From: Macrostomum lignano
Lineage: Eukaryota
DNA: 64,000 nucleotides
Direction of reading: 5' to 3'
NCBI GenBank assembly: GCA_002269645.1
Contig: NIVC01003005.1
Location: forward strand, 62,134 to 126,133
Below, piece after piece: positions 51,835 through 64,000 of the stretch; position 1 is the first letter of the stretch, and every line of letters begins with the position of its first letter. The position numbers were made by a program, and so were the translations under genes. The notes beneath the pieces were generated by a model that was not told where the DNA came from, searched no databases, and worked only from the letters and a program-made list of their open reading frames with translations.

Positions 51835-52666
51835 TCACAGCTGATGCCTGTACCGGCACGAGGCGCCCCTGGTGCAGGCCCCCGGTTCCGGCCGCCGTGG
51901 AACCACATCCGGCAGACGCCTCTGGGCGGATGCTGGAACCGGGGATGATGCGGCAGCTGCACGTGAGGCGGCGGGTGGCTCTGCGCGAACGACGACCCAG
52001 ATGAGGATGAAGGGCCGCCGCCGCGGCCGCGACCGGCGCCACGAAAAGGATGCGGCTGATGGTGATGATGATGGTGATGGCCAGGGAATCCGAACGGAGG
52101 GCCTCCAGCGGCTGGAGGCGGCGGCGGAGGCGGCTGCTCAAAGTATTGAGGATTAGCCGCTGACGGTGGCGGCTGTATCGGCGGTTGCGAGGGTGGCCCC
52201 GAGGGGAACAGAGAGCGGAGCACCTGCGGGAACATGCCGCTAGCGGCCAGTTCGCCCCGCAGCGGCTCCAACAGCTGCCTGATCCTTTCCACTGTGAGGT
52301 CCTCAGACTGCGCGTGCAGGTCCGGATAGTGAGACTTAAGCAGATTCCACAGCATCTCTTTCACTGAGCTGCCGCTGCTTGAGGAAGCTGGGGCCGAGTC
52401 TGACGATGAAGCCGGCTGAGGCGGCTGTTGCTGAGGCAGCGGCGGCGGCTGTTGCTGGGGAGGCACTGAACTGCTTAAGCCGGGTGATGCCGCCGATATG
52501 CTGCTGGTAACCTGCTTCAGGATGTCCGCAATCTGTTGGGTATAGACAGGTGCACATAGGTATATTTAGGGTCTGAGAAATTACAGACAGACAGACAGAC
52601 AGACAAACAAACAGACAAAGAGAGACAGACAGCCAGCCAGACAGACAGACAAACATACAAAAAGAC

Positions 52667-52699
<33 letters not shown>

Positions 52700-55384
52700 G
52701 AGACAGACAGACAGAAAGACAGAAAGACAGACAAACAGACACTAAGACACAGACAGACAGACAGACAGACAGACACACAGACAGGCAGACACTAAGACAC
52801 AGACAGACAGACAAAGACAGACAGACAGCCAATCAAAGCAGGGTGCCACTCACCTCAGGCTTCAAGGAGATGCCGCCGCCACCCCCAGAGATGTCGCCAA
52901 CAGCCAGCAGCTGATGACTGGCGGACTCAGTCGGCACCGCTGAAGTCGCTACTGCTGGCCCGTTGCTACTAGAAGTAGCAGCAGAAATTGCAGACGTAGC
53001 CGCTACTATTGCAGCAGAACTCGCAGTGGTTATTGTTGCAGAAATTGGGGCGCCAGTAGACAGCGCAGAAGCAGCCGCCTCTGTGGCCGCCGCCGCATCG
53101 GAGGGGTCGCTGGTCTCAGCTGCCGCCTCGCCGCCAGAGGATGTCGGAGCCGCACTTGCCGAGGTCGCGTTCTCTAGGGGAATAATGATGGGCTCTTCGG
53201 CGTCGAAATGCTCAACATCCGGCTCGGTGGCGCTGGCGGGAGTGGTGTCCAAGCTGAAGTAAATCACCTGCAGCATGGTCTCCTGCCGCTTGGCCTGCTT
53301 GGCCCGCTCCGTTGACTTTGCGCCCGATCTGAAGGTTAGGGATTTTCGGGGTGCCTATTTAGAATCCCACATCCTTTTCCTTATCTAGAATCCCACATCC
53401 TTTTCCTTATCTAGAATCCCACATCCTTTTCCTTATCTAGAATCCCACATCCTTTTCCTTATCTAGAATCCCACATCCTCTTCCCCATCTAGAATCCCAC
53501 ATCCTTTTTCCTATCTAGAATCCCACATTCTCTTCCCCATCTAGAATCCCACATTCTCTTCCCCATCTAGAATCCCGCATTCTCTTCCCCATCTAGAATC
53601 CCACATTCTCTTCCCCATCTAGAATCCCACATCCTCTTCCCCATCTAGAATCCCACATTTTCTTCCCCATCTAAAATTCCACATCCTCATCCCGATTCAG
53701 AATCCCATCCTGCTCGCCACTCAGAATCCCATCCTGCTCGCCACTTAGAATCCCATCCTGCTCGCCACTTAGAATCCCATCCAGCTCGCCACTCAGAATC
53801 CTATCCTATTCCAGACGAACTCGGACAGACCCATAAAAAGATAGAAAGAAGCCAGGTGGCGCACCTATACGAGGCTGTGTACTCAGGCATGCCGTGAATC
53901 CGGTGCGGCTTATACCACACAATAGCTTTAGCAACATCCGCTCCGAAGTCATCCGAACCGGAAGCGCCGCCTCGCCTGGCTCTGGTGAGCAACTCGCACT
54001 CGCGCTCGTGCTCCCGCCTGGCCATCTCCTCGACGCTGGAGCCGCTGGCATCGGCGCCGCCGGGAAGCTGCGGCGCTGACGAAATTGCCGACCGCCTCTC
54101 GGATGGGTCCAACTCAAAGTAAAAGACCTGCTCCAGAGCGTCGAAATGAGCCCAGGTGACTCGTTTTCGTTTGCTTTGCTGCTGTTGCTTTTGCGTCTGT
54201 TGCTCTTGAGCTTGCTCAGATTGCTTATCTTTCTGCTTCTTAGACTGGGCCTGGTTTGCACCGATTGGTTCAGCTGCGGCTTCCGGCTTCTCTGCTTTAA
54301 CCGGCGCAGAAGCAGCAGACCCGTCCGAAACAGCAGACGGTGCTCGTTTTTTTCTAACAATTTTTGGCAAAGAGGACCGACAAACGCCGAATAGCGAGTC
54401 CATGAGGAACTGGGAGCCGTCGGTTGACACGCCAGCAGGCTTCGCTACTGCAGCAGAGGAAGGAGAGGTTGGAGACGGCTTGGACGGAGGGACAGCGATC
54501 GGGTCCGCTTCTAAAGAGCTCGTCGGCCGAACTTCGATAGACGAGTGAATGGACTCGAGGTCGTTCTGCTGCTCTAATCTGGCCCGTTTTGCAGGCTTGC
54601 CAGATGAGGCGGACGCGGCAGAAGAAGCCAATTCTCCAGATAACTGTTTCTGTTGTTTTCTTTTAGATCCTGCCGGCTGCTGCTGGTCTTCAGACACCAA
54701 CTCGTCCAAAGCCAGCAGGTTGGTATCGCGAAATGTTGCTGGCGCGGTTCTCACGGTGGAGGGCACCGACTGCTGGCGAACTGACTCGGCCTCTCTATCC
54801 GGCTTCTCTTTTTTAGACTTCTTCTTTTTCTCTTTTTTGTCTTTCTTCTTTTTCTGCCGGCTAGTCGAAGACGCGGCATCTTCTGAGATGTCGTCGCCGC
54901 TTTCCGGGGCGGTGGCCGCAACCGCAGCAGCGGCCTCCTGCTCTGCGGCAGCCTTGATGCAGGCCAGCCACCGCTCCACCACATTGGCAGCCAGCGGTGC
55001 CAGCTCCGAGTCAGCTGATTTGGCAATCTGCTTTACCACCTTGGCAGTGTTGTTGGCCTGCAGCATGTCAACGCCTACAGGCAAGCGGAGGAACACATCC
55101 AGCAAGAGTTTCTGCAAGGCGACGTTTGTTTCTGAGCAGGCTGTGTTAAGCCAATCATTGAGCATCTGCCAGCCGCCTTGACGGCAAAACTCTGATAGCA
55201 GGCTGGAGTCTTCGGTGATCTTCAATATGTTGAGCATGATAGCCTTGCTAACCAGCTTGCTGGCCCGTTGCATCACGGCGTGCAGCTTGGCGACGGAGTC
55301 GCGCGATCGAATACCGCCGCGGTCATCGATGAGGCCCTCGCGGGCCAGCTGTCTGAAGAATTCCAAATGCTGGGCTTCCGATTC
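51835..55384 (-). CDS. PPP1R10: PNUTS / PP1 regulatory subunit 10; exons 55384-53865, 53328-52854, 52532-51835 (1-nt frameshift near 51880); the exon carrying the start codon is not resolved
   Basis: TFIIS N-terminal-like domain ([12 protein letters not shown]...[10 protein letters not shown]...ERW), PP1-docking KRVTW followed by [17 protein letters not shown] and [20 protein letters not shown] blocks in the PNUTS order, a Pro/Gly/His-rich tail and a terminal CCCH finger in a shifted frame. Junctions AG|gtgcgc, ttcag|A, GAG|gtgagt and caacag|ATT are phase-consistent. Confidence 0.88.
52584..52828. repeat. (CAGA)n microsatellite in a PNUTS intron
   Basis: Direct reading. Confidence 0.95.
53355..53805. 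repeat. 26-bp and 24-bp minisatellites (CTAGAATCCCACATCCTCTTCCCCAT) in a PNUTS intron
   Basis: Period 26 measured at 53463/53489. Confidence 0.93.
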
Positions 55385-55884
55385 CTGCAATTTATTTGCG
55401 TTTAGATCGAGAATTTTTCATTATATATTCTATACTGGCCTACTTATAAACTTACTAAGTAGTGTAAATAGAGTTTTATCTATTATTTAGCTAAATACAG
55501 AAAATCCATAGCTAGGTTAACAGATTCAGCAAAATGTCGGGACTATTTATCGAATTAAAAGCTACTAATTTACATTCAGATAAATAGCAAATTTCAATCC
55601 GCGAATTAGTCCCAGACAGAACCATATTTTTTTATAATCTGGCACGCAATCTACTCCCGAACTTACTCCACAATGCTAACAGGAGTAACGGGTTTTAAGT
55701 TTTTTTTGCGTGCATATTCGTGGCTTCAATTCGTTAATATTTTACTTTTTTCTTGGCTTTAGAGCTTTACTGACAACAATAACATATTTTTATGTAATCA
55801 CTATTTCATATTGGAAGACAAATTTATTTGAACTCATGGCACGCAGCCACAGCGTGTGTTGCAGCGGTGTGGAATGTTAAAACA

Positions 55885-55910
55885 AGCGGAAGCTCCCCGC
55901 CATTTTTGGT
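55885..55910 (-). promoter_or_regulatory. Candidate PNUTS core promoter with ETS and YY1 motifs
   Basis: CGGAAG at 55887-55892 and CCGCCATTTT (AAAATGGCGG on the gene strand) at 55897-55906, in a CpG-containing patch about 500 nt upstream of the first resolved exon. Confidence 0.45.
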
Positions 55911-56463
55911 AGCGCGCGTTTATTCCTCATAAATCAATAAATATAGATTGATGCAATAATTATTGATAAGAATATATAGTGTCACAGCTAGGTATATAAA
56001 CTTTATAGTAGGCACCATTAGAAGTTTTTAAAAAAGTATTAATGAAAATGGAAGGCATCAGGAACTTTGATCCTGTGGTTTTTGCCAAGTTTAAATCGCG
56101 GATTAAATATGTACAAAGACACTGTACTTACTGATAGGGTTGTAAGTGTAAAACCCATCGTACATTACAAACATTTACCAGTTCAGCATGATAGGAAGCA
56201 ACAAATGTAAACAGTGAGCATGTATTAGGTTGGAATGTGATTATAAAAAAAATATACATTAGAAGCAAGATGCAAACAAACAAACTTAGTTGAACGAAAT
56301 GAAACGTGATGTAATTTTGCTTTCAAAATTCCTTTTTTATATCAGATAGAAACGGTTAGGGTCATGAACTACATGCTCAAATGTTGTTGCTGTTGTTTTC
56401 AAACTGACTTATTCTTTATAGTTCGTTGTAAACAAAACAAACTAGAAAAGTAGTCGCACAGAA

Positions 56464-59400
56464 TCACGACACCAGCTTATCGGTGGTCAGCCAGATTGCA
56501 GCTAAGCCGGATGAAGCAGCGATCAGCAGCCACTTGGACCAGCTGGCAGCACTGAACAGCCCGCTAGCGCCATTACAGCCGTGCTTATTTTTGCAATGAC
56601 AATAGCGCATCTTCACTCGCAGAGTGCCCAGCCGTTCGGTGCACCAGCGGCCCTCCTCTTGGCCAATTTCGCCGTGCACCGCGCAGTCGCGAATGTACCG
56701 CCGATCCCAGGCGCCGTCGAAATAGGCTGGCGAGGGGGGGGGTTGCGGTCGGCGGGGTCACTGATTAATACTAATTTGATTTCTATAAGTATATTGCACA
56801 ACTGATGCTACGCAACTCTTACTTAAAGACGAGTGGCCCCTATAGATATGACATTCAACATTTTCTAGACATGAAATTCCTCAGTTCCAGACACAATCAG
56901 ATCCCCCATTTGTAGACATCATGACATTTCTCATTTCTAGACATCATGACATTATCCATTTCTAGACAAGACATTCCTCATTTCTAGACATCATGACATT
57001 ATCCATTTTTAAACAAGACATTCCTCATTTCTAGACATCATGACATTATCCATTACTAGACAAGACATTCCTCATTTCTAGACATCATAACATTATCCAT
57101 TTCTAGACAAGACATTCCTCATTTCTAGACATCATAACATTATCCATTTCTAGACAAGACATTCCTCATTTCTAGACATCATAACATTATCCATTTCTAG
57201 ACAAGACATTCCTCATTTCTAGACATCATGACATTATCCATTTCTAGACAAGACATTCCTCATTTCTAGACATCATAACTGAAGTGACGGTTCGTTGGTT
57301 TGTGAACTGGCTAATTGTGTGGGATTTTTTTGCTTATAAATTTATTCCGTACTCTCTCCACTTATTCAGCCACTGGCATCAGTGAGATTCAATATTAAGA
57401 ATATTTAAGCTATTGCTCTCATGTAGTGTGGAAAGGCGCTATTAGAGGCTTTGAGCTGGGGGAAAGAGCCGATAAATGAGCATTGGCTTTAAAAATACAT
57501 TAAAATGCTTCCGTTTAACTTACTACTGAACTGAAAGTAGCTTGCACGCTAATGTGCTGAGTGGCCCATTTTGTTTTTTTAGTATCTGTGATGTTTCATT
57601 AAGTAACTTTGACTATTCTACAAATATATCGCAGAATTCACACTCGTTATTAAAACACAATCAGTTCCTGACTTTCGAGTCACGTCAATGACATTACCCC
57701 AGTTCTAGACGTCTCATGACATTCCCAATTTATTGATACCATTACATTTCCCAGACATGAAATTTCGCATTTCTAGATAAGACATTGACTATTCTAGACA
57801 TCATGACATTGCCCCTAACTAAGTTGTACAAAGCAGACACTTACTCTCTTGAATAATTTTGCGACACATGGTGTAGTTCTTATCTCCGGGGCACGGCTCA
57901 ATCAGTCTGGTCCGATTGTCAAAGAAGTCGGCACAGCGATGGTCCAGGAATGAGTTGCAGATGTAGCAGTGGAAGACTGTGTTGTTAGTCATGGCTAAAT
58001 AAGGATTAAAAGAATTGAATAATTTGTATGACATTGCTGTATTAGTTTAGAATTAGTTATACACAATTTGGCCTACAGTTTATATAATTTATAATCATGA
58101 GATTAGTTCCATATTTTTGTATATTGCTTCTCTGTAGTCTATAGTCAAAATGGCTTAAAATTAAATATAGTTTGCATTAATAATATAATACAAATAAGCT
58201 ACAAATGTACATAGAGGGCTATGGCCTAAGCTTGAAAAAATTGCACATTCATAAATTTGGGGTTAAATTGGAATCATGGCCTGGGTCTGCTTGTACAACT
58301 AATTCCTTTGGGAGATAGCTCCCCAAGACACATGACTAATGATAATAAAGTTAAATCCATTATACATGACCATGTGTATACATAAACAATACACATCTAT
58401 GTACTTGCATGTCGATTTAAGGGAGCTGGAAATTTGGACAATGAATGCCTCTTGCCAGTTTGAAAATTGTTGCTTAGAGTTTGCTTAAAGATCACTAGTC
58501 TCAAAAAAACAAAAATTTGTTAAACTCTTTCTTAGAAAAAATAAATTAAATGCCAATAAGCTATACTCTTGATAACATTTAAGTGGAAATGATAAAAATT
58601 AATACAAAAATATAAATTTAAAAATATGCATATATTTGCTATTATTAAAATTTTACCTTGTTCAAATGTCAAATGTTCCAATTTGGTTTTTTAGCAAAGC
58701 AAATGATTATATGAAATCTCTGGAATTTAGGACTCAAATTGGTTGGGTGGTAAGGGCTAAAGTTAATATGAATGTTTTCACTTTTAAGGGGAGCTTAATT
58801 AGATCGCTAGGGTAGGGGACTGAGATGGGATTAGGATATTAGAGATAAAATATATGAGCTAAGATGAATATTTTCATTTTGTGAGAGCCAAAGGGAGCTC
58901 TTAAGTCTCTAGAATTGGGGACTCAAGCAACAAAGACAGAAATTTTTGACACTATATGTTCATTAATCAAGAGGTTCAAGTTAATATATGTTTTCACTTA
59001 CAATACAAAGGGAGCTCTTAAGTCCCCAGGGACAAGGACTCAAACAAAATTTTTGACACCATATGCAAATGATTAGGATGATGAGGGGCTTAAGTTAAGA
59101 TGAATGAATCCAATGGAGAAGCCCCCTAGCATCTATCACTATCAAAGAAGGCTAGATTGCAAAGGAAAGAAGGCTTCTTAGAAATCAACTAATGAGTAGG
59201 CCATTGCCCTTGCAGATCTTGGTAAGAATAAGAGATTTTGTTACTTTGGCTATTTAACAATATGAGAAAAGGAGAAAGGGAGAAAATAGTGAAAAGGGAA
59301 AAAAAGAAAGGAAAAAGGAAAGAAAGAAAGGAAATGGGGTGGAGAAAAGAGGAAAAAGATAAGAGGGGGAAGAAGGGCTAAAAAAGAATATTTGCCCTTG

Positions 59401-62400
59401 GCCTAGCCTATATAGTACCTGCAGCTTGAGCAGTACCTGCAGCTTGAGCAGTACCTGCAGCTTGAGCAGTACTAGCATTTTGTATAGTGGCTCAAAGTGC
59501 ATCCTTGTATAAAATGTGGCATTAATAGAGATCTGACAAAATCTCAATCTCACAATTTGTATTGAAGATTTTTTTCTTTATTGAATCTTGATCAAAGCTC
59601 ATTTTTAAAAAGTGCCAAGAATCTAAGATATAAAATAAAGTAAAATAAAGAGCCCTAGGTTGAATACAAATATTTTGAATACAATATAGATAACCTAGAC
59701 CAATATAAACATATTGAATTTAAAAAAAAATCATATTAGTGCCAAAAAATCAACTTATTTTAGTTTTACCCATACTAAGAGATTTAGCTAAGTGTTTGGA
59801 AAAATGATGCACCCCAAAAGTCTCATGTTTTTATGAATTAAAGATTGTGATTTTTAATAAAAGTGTATAAAGTTTACTTTTGCTTTATGTATATAAAACA
59901 TTATAGAAATGGAATTGGTATTTTAATTTTTAGCTTTGTTTTATTTGAATTAAATATCTTGAAGTCTCAATCAAATCTTGTATCATATCATCAAAGAAGT
60001 ATTAAATCTCAAATCTTAAAAATTCAATATTGTCTAATCTCTAGGCATTAGTCTTCCTGTTTTAGAGTACTGAACACTCCAAACACCATATATAACATGA
60101 CCACATAAATAGCATCCAGCTGCCTCTCTAATGTGTTATACTAAATATAGAAAGTTTATTAGCTATGGCTACAAATATAGATATAGGAAAAATTTGAGTA
60201 TAATTTAATAATGCAAACTTCCTAATGAAAGTGTTCTGTGTCAGCATTTACCATGGCTACTCAAACTTTTCTATTTGTTTTTTCTGTTCTTAGTCATATA
60301 TTTGAAGTATATAATAAAACTTTATGCATTATATATTTTTATATTAATTTAAAAACTCAAAACTCTTTTATCACTAAACTAATTTTTATCAATAAGCATT
60401 TGTTTAATGATGACTTATATAGTTAAAATGTGTTATTTTTGGATTACAGTTGTTTTGGTAACAAAACTTTTTGGTGATAGTAATTGTGGTTACAAGCAGA
60501 AAATTATTTGCTAATCATAATTGATATAAAACCTAAATTTCAGATACTTCTAAAATTGTAAAATATTTTTATTTAATTTTGCTTATTTATTTTTTATAGA
60601 GTTGCAATGTTTCAAATTTGTATTTTTCCAAATCTAAGATATATAGTATATTTCTCTGTCAGTCATGACTTTTGTCTATGTAGACTATGCTTTTTTCAAA
60701 GTTAGCATTTCACAGTGTTCACAATACTCAAAAAAGTATAGGTGAAAACTGATACTCCAATACCCTTTCTGAAAAAAAGTATTGTCAATACCTGAAAGTC
60801 TAATACCTAAATTTGAGTATTGGTAATACCCTAATTCAGATATCTGGTTTTTGCAAAAAGAATGCTTAATGAACATAGATACATATAATTTAAGCCTTTC
60901 AGACCTTTTCCTAGATTTTTATGGTGAATAAAGCAAGCTTAGCATTGTTTTAAATCACGAAGCCTTTAGTAAAACAAATAAAATAAAAAGTAACAAATGA
61001 AAACCAACAGTTGCAATTGCCACTATAGTCAATCATTAACTATTTACTAGCCTCTATAGTCATTTTTCTTTATGCCTATCAGCACTGTCATTGTTTTAGT
61101 ATAGTGCAACAACCTGTCAGTCTGCAATTGGTGCACCTGTAGGCTTAACCTCAGCCTTTTTTTTGGTTTGAGCACACTTACATGTATACCAGACCAAATG
61201 CTTTAAGCTGAGATAGATACTTTAAAGCCTTACCTTAGATTAGGCAACACATCACCCCTCTACTCTTTATACATGTAAACCTAAGTAAATTGCGTTACTT
61301 CTCTTCCCTTTACTCAACTTGGCCTCCCAATATATACTTCCAAAATAGTAGATATATTTATTTATTGCTGTATGCATGTAGACATACACATATGTTTGTA
61401 TATGTACATATCATTTACTAAATTGCTTGTGTTACTAGTGTAACATTAGTGTATTTGCTATTGAAGAAATTGTAGAATCAATTGGCAATCAGTGACTGAT
61501 AGTGTTATAGAACTTGCAGTATGATATTTGACTAAATAATATCATTTTAATGATAATTACTAATTATTATAAGCTAATTAATAAAGCATGTATAAGTGCA
61601 AGCTATTTTAAAAAGTTTAAAAAACTTGCTTTAAGATTGGAAATATTAATTATTTTAGCTTTATTGACCTAAAACTGAAGTATTTATCATTATTTTCTAT
61701 AAAATTATGCAACTATTTCATTCTTTTTAACAAAATTTTGATTGATTGCATATTCAAAATTTTAAAAGTATTAGACTATTGCATATTGTGAAAAGTTGAA
61801 AACTGTATTGGAAGTTACCAAAGTCCAATACCATAAAAAGTATTGACTTTCAATACTCTGATACCCAAAAAGTATTGCCAATAGTATTGGAATATTGGAG
61901 TATTAGAGTATTGGAATATCAGAATTGTGCCCAACACTGGCATTTTATGATGAGGATCCTTGAATATGTTTATAGTTGTGTCTAAATATTTTAAGATATT
62001 TCAAAATGATCTATACAAAAAACAATAATCAATATAATTATTTTTTTAAATTTCTTAAATACAATAACCCCCTACAAATATAAGTATTAAAGCTTTTGAT
62101 GGATTTTTAAATATATATTTACAAAATTAATCTTAATGAAACCTACAAACTACTATTTATAATGCTTCCCATCATTAAAATGACTATTATAGACATTGAA
62201 TCTTCATTTTTTACAAAAGGTTGTGTGTCTGTCACAAAAGAAACTTATGACCAAAATGACTTGTCACTGAAATGACTGGCACCCATCACTTTTGCATTAA
62301 AAAGGATTACAAAATAATGTTGATCTTGTCATTTATTACTTTATAAGATAGGTCTACAAAGTTTTATAAATTGTATATTACTTGACCAGTTTTCAAAAGG

Positions 62401-62884
62401 TGTCTTTGTACTCATGCAAATGAGATTTATCTAATAAATAAAAAATACTTAAAACTATAAGTAACTTTCAAAATCTATTTGGAGCCCAAGATCTAAGACC
62501 AAATGAGTATTTATATTATTAGGCTTATTATTAAGTCTAGTAATATGCTCTATGACTACAGGAACTTTTACAACTTTTTAAAGTCCTTAATTTTTTCAAC
62601 TCACTAAAATCGCTAAGTAACATAGAGATTTTGATATATGACAAAATTGCTATTGCTTCTGTACTAGCCTAAAATTTGAATTAAAAAATGCAACTACAAG
62701 GCAACAAATAGTTTGACCTCTTAACTTTTTGATAAAAATATTTCGGTGTCTAGTACCTTGTAAGCAATACTGATTTTTAATAGTGGTATGCAGAAAACTT
62801 ACATGGAATTCCCGATCCAATTCTAATTTGTGCTTGTGCAGACGAGGCTGCGAGCATGACTCCTACAAAAACAAGCCAAAACAT
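56464..62884 (-). CDS. Ly6/uPAR three-finger protein, probably GPI-anchored (crooked/quiver-like); join(62884..62803,57994..57845,56726..56464), 164 aa
   Basis: Signal peptide MFWLVFVGVMLAASSAQA; CYICNS...C...C...CRKIIQ...RYIRDC...C...YCHC...GCN pattern with 10 Cys; hydrophobic C-terminal tail. Donors T|gtaagt and A|gtaagt, acceptors tttag and gccag; 495 nt in frame. Confidence 0.9.
56855..57280. repeat. 47-bp dimeric minisatellite TTTCTAGACATCATGACATTATCCATTTCTAGACAAGACATTCCTCA in Ly6 intron 2
   Basis: Direct reading; degenerate copies continue at 57690-57810. Confidence 0.92.
60712..60850. mobile_element. CpG-decayed MITE-like remnant
   Basis: Starts CAGTGTT and carries repeated CAATAC/TGATAC/TAATAC/GTATTG words. 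A related remnant lies at about 61790-61940, ending CCCAACACTG. Confidence 0.4.
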
Positions 62885-64000
62885 TCTTTAAGTGGATAAG
62901 TCTAGGCACAGGGCTGTAGAGCTGTAGAGAAAAAAACGTAAATATTAAATGCACACTAATTCTTATGAGCAGTTTTGAGTGATACAGGCGTTAAAGAAGA
63001 AGCTAGCCCTGAACTTTGGTTAGCCGGAACACATTAAACAAGGAAAAGTGTATTTTAATTTTATTCTTAATAAAAGAAATTAATTATTAACTTGCAAAAA
63101 TAGTTAATATAATTAAAAAGCTACAGGCTTCTGTAGAGTTAAAAACATAAAGAAGAGTTTATTTACAGTTTAATAAAAATCATTCGTTTTACCTTTTTGT
63201 CGTCGGAAATAAATGATCCGAATAGATTTTTTCATTGTTTCGTACCTTCAAGCGGGTTAAAAAATGTACAATTGGCGAATAACCTGGCCATGGCGAGCTG
63301 GTTGTTAAAATAAAGTTTTTAGACCTTAATTTACGTTGTCTCTAATAATAAGCTAAGTTTGCTGTTGTTCTTACGGAATTCTAAAGAACATCATATGGAG
63401 ACTTCCATTAATTGGGAAAAGGACTGGATGGCTCTTCCTTGTACCGATCCCAGCTTTTACAAACGTTACAGTAAATAATGATACTTTTGCTATCGTTGAA
63501 GAAGAAATTAAGTAAGTCGATCTATAATTTGAGTTAAAAGAATTCAGTCGATGAATTGAATGGATGCATGCATTCAACTTGAAAGTCCAGCTTTTACTAT
63601 CAATTGAAACGCAGAGAAAAAGTGCCTTGTTCGGTCATATAACCTGCGGTGACTCGTGCATATGGAGATTTATCTGGAACTTGTCGTGCGGGGGTGCGAT
63701 TTTCACGAGGGCCCAGTCCACAAGTTCACACCTGATGATGAAATCAAGCACGTCATGCATCGTGTGCGCATCTACCGTGTACTGCCTGAACTGCCTGCAC
63801 TTTTCAGTGGCTGCCGTTCGGCTGTCGTCTCAATTTGCGGCCTGTGAAGTCCAATACAACCGAAATACTAACAAAACAATTAAACTAGTCTACACACATC
63901 AAAATGACGTTTTACATTCAATTTCACCAGGCGATGCAACACTTTTTCGTAACAGCCAATTGTTTCGTAAACGCCAGCCTCAAGTGCGACCGCGAGTGGC

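Noticed and set aside
58000-62750. Fungal-style RIP as the cause of the AT-rich domains
   Set aside because: CpA/TpG remain abundant by eye, so the pattern fits CpG decay better; only scattered CG-to-TA products are seen.
63656-63847. 63-aa plus-strand ORF and an overlapping minus-strand open frame near the window end
   Set aside because: GC-rich and exon-like, but neither strand has convincing splice sites or homology; it needs downstream sequence or RNA data.

Overview
Eukaryotic (animal) genomic DNA. GC-rich spliced exons sit among introns and spacers packed with micro- and minisatellites, a style resembling a Macrostomum-type flatworm (inference, not verified). By tracing GT-AG junctions and reading-frame phases by hand I reconstructed six multi-exon genes: mitoferrin (+, 7690-9328), a 7-cadherin-repeat protocadherin (-, 19074-31692), a claudin/PMP22-superfamily tetraspan (-, 33801-35454), a secreted peptide precursor with two 6-cysteine knottin-like domains (-, 44548-47652), PNUTS/PPP1R10 (-, 51835-55384+) and a GPI-type Ly6/uPAR three-finger protein (-, 56464-62884). 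There is also one orphan exon (37443-37756), two tRNA-headed CORE-like SINE copies, several MITEs (one with a perfect 8-bp TSD) and about 25 tandem arrays. The most interesting signals are: (1) the double-knot toxin/neuropeptide-like precursor, which the ORF track misses because it is split over three exons; (2) sharply bounded CpG-eroded domains, one matching a single intron almost exactly; (3) intronic satellites built from splicing signals (a branch-point-only intron and an array of potential poison microexons); (4) satellites built from nuclear-receptor and E2F motifs; (5) two single-base frameshifts in otherwise intact genes, probably assembly errors. All counts are by eye.
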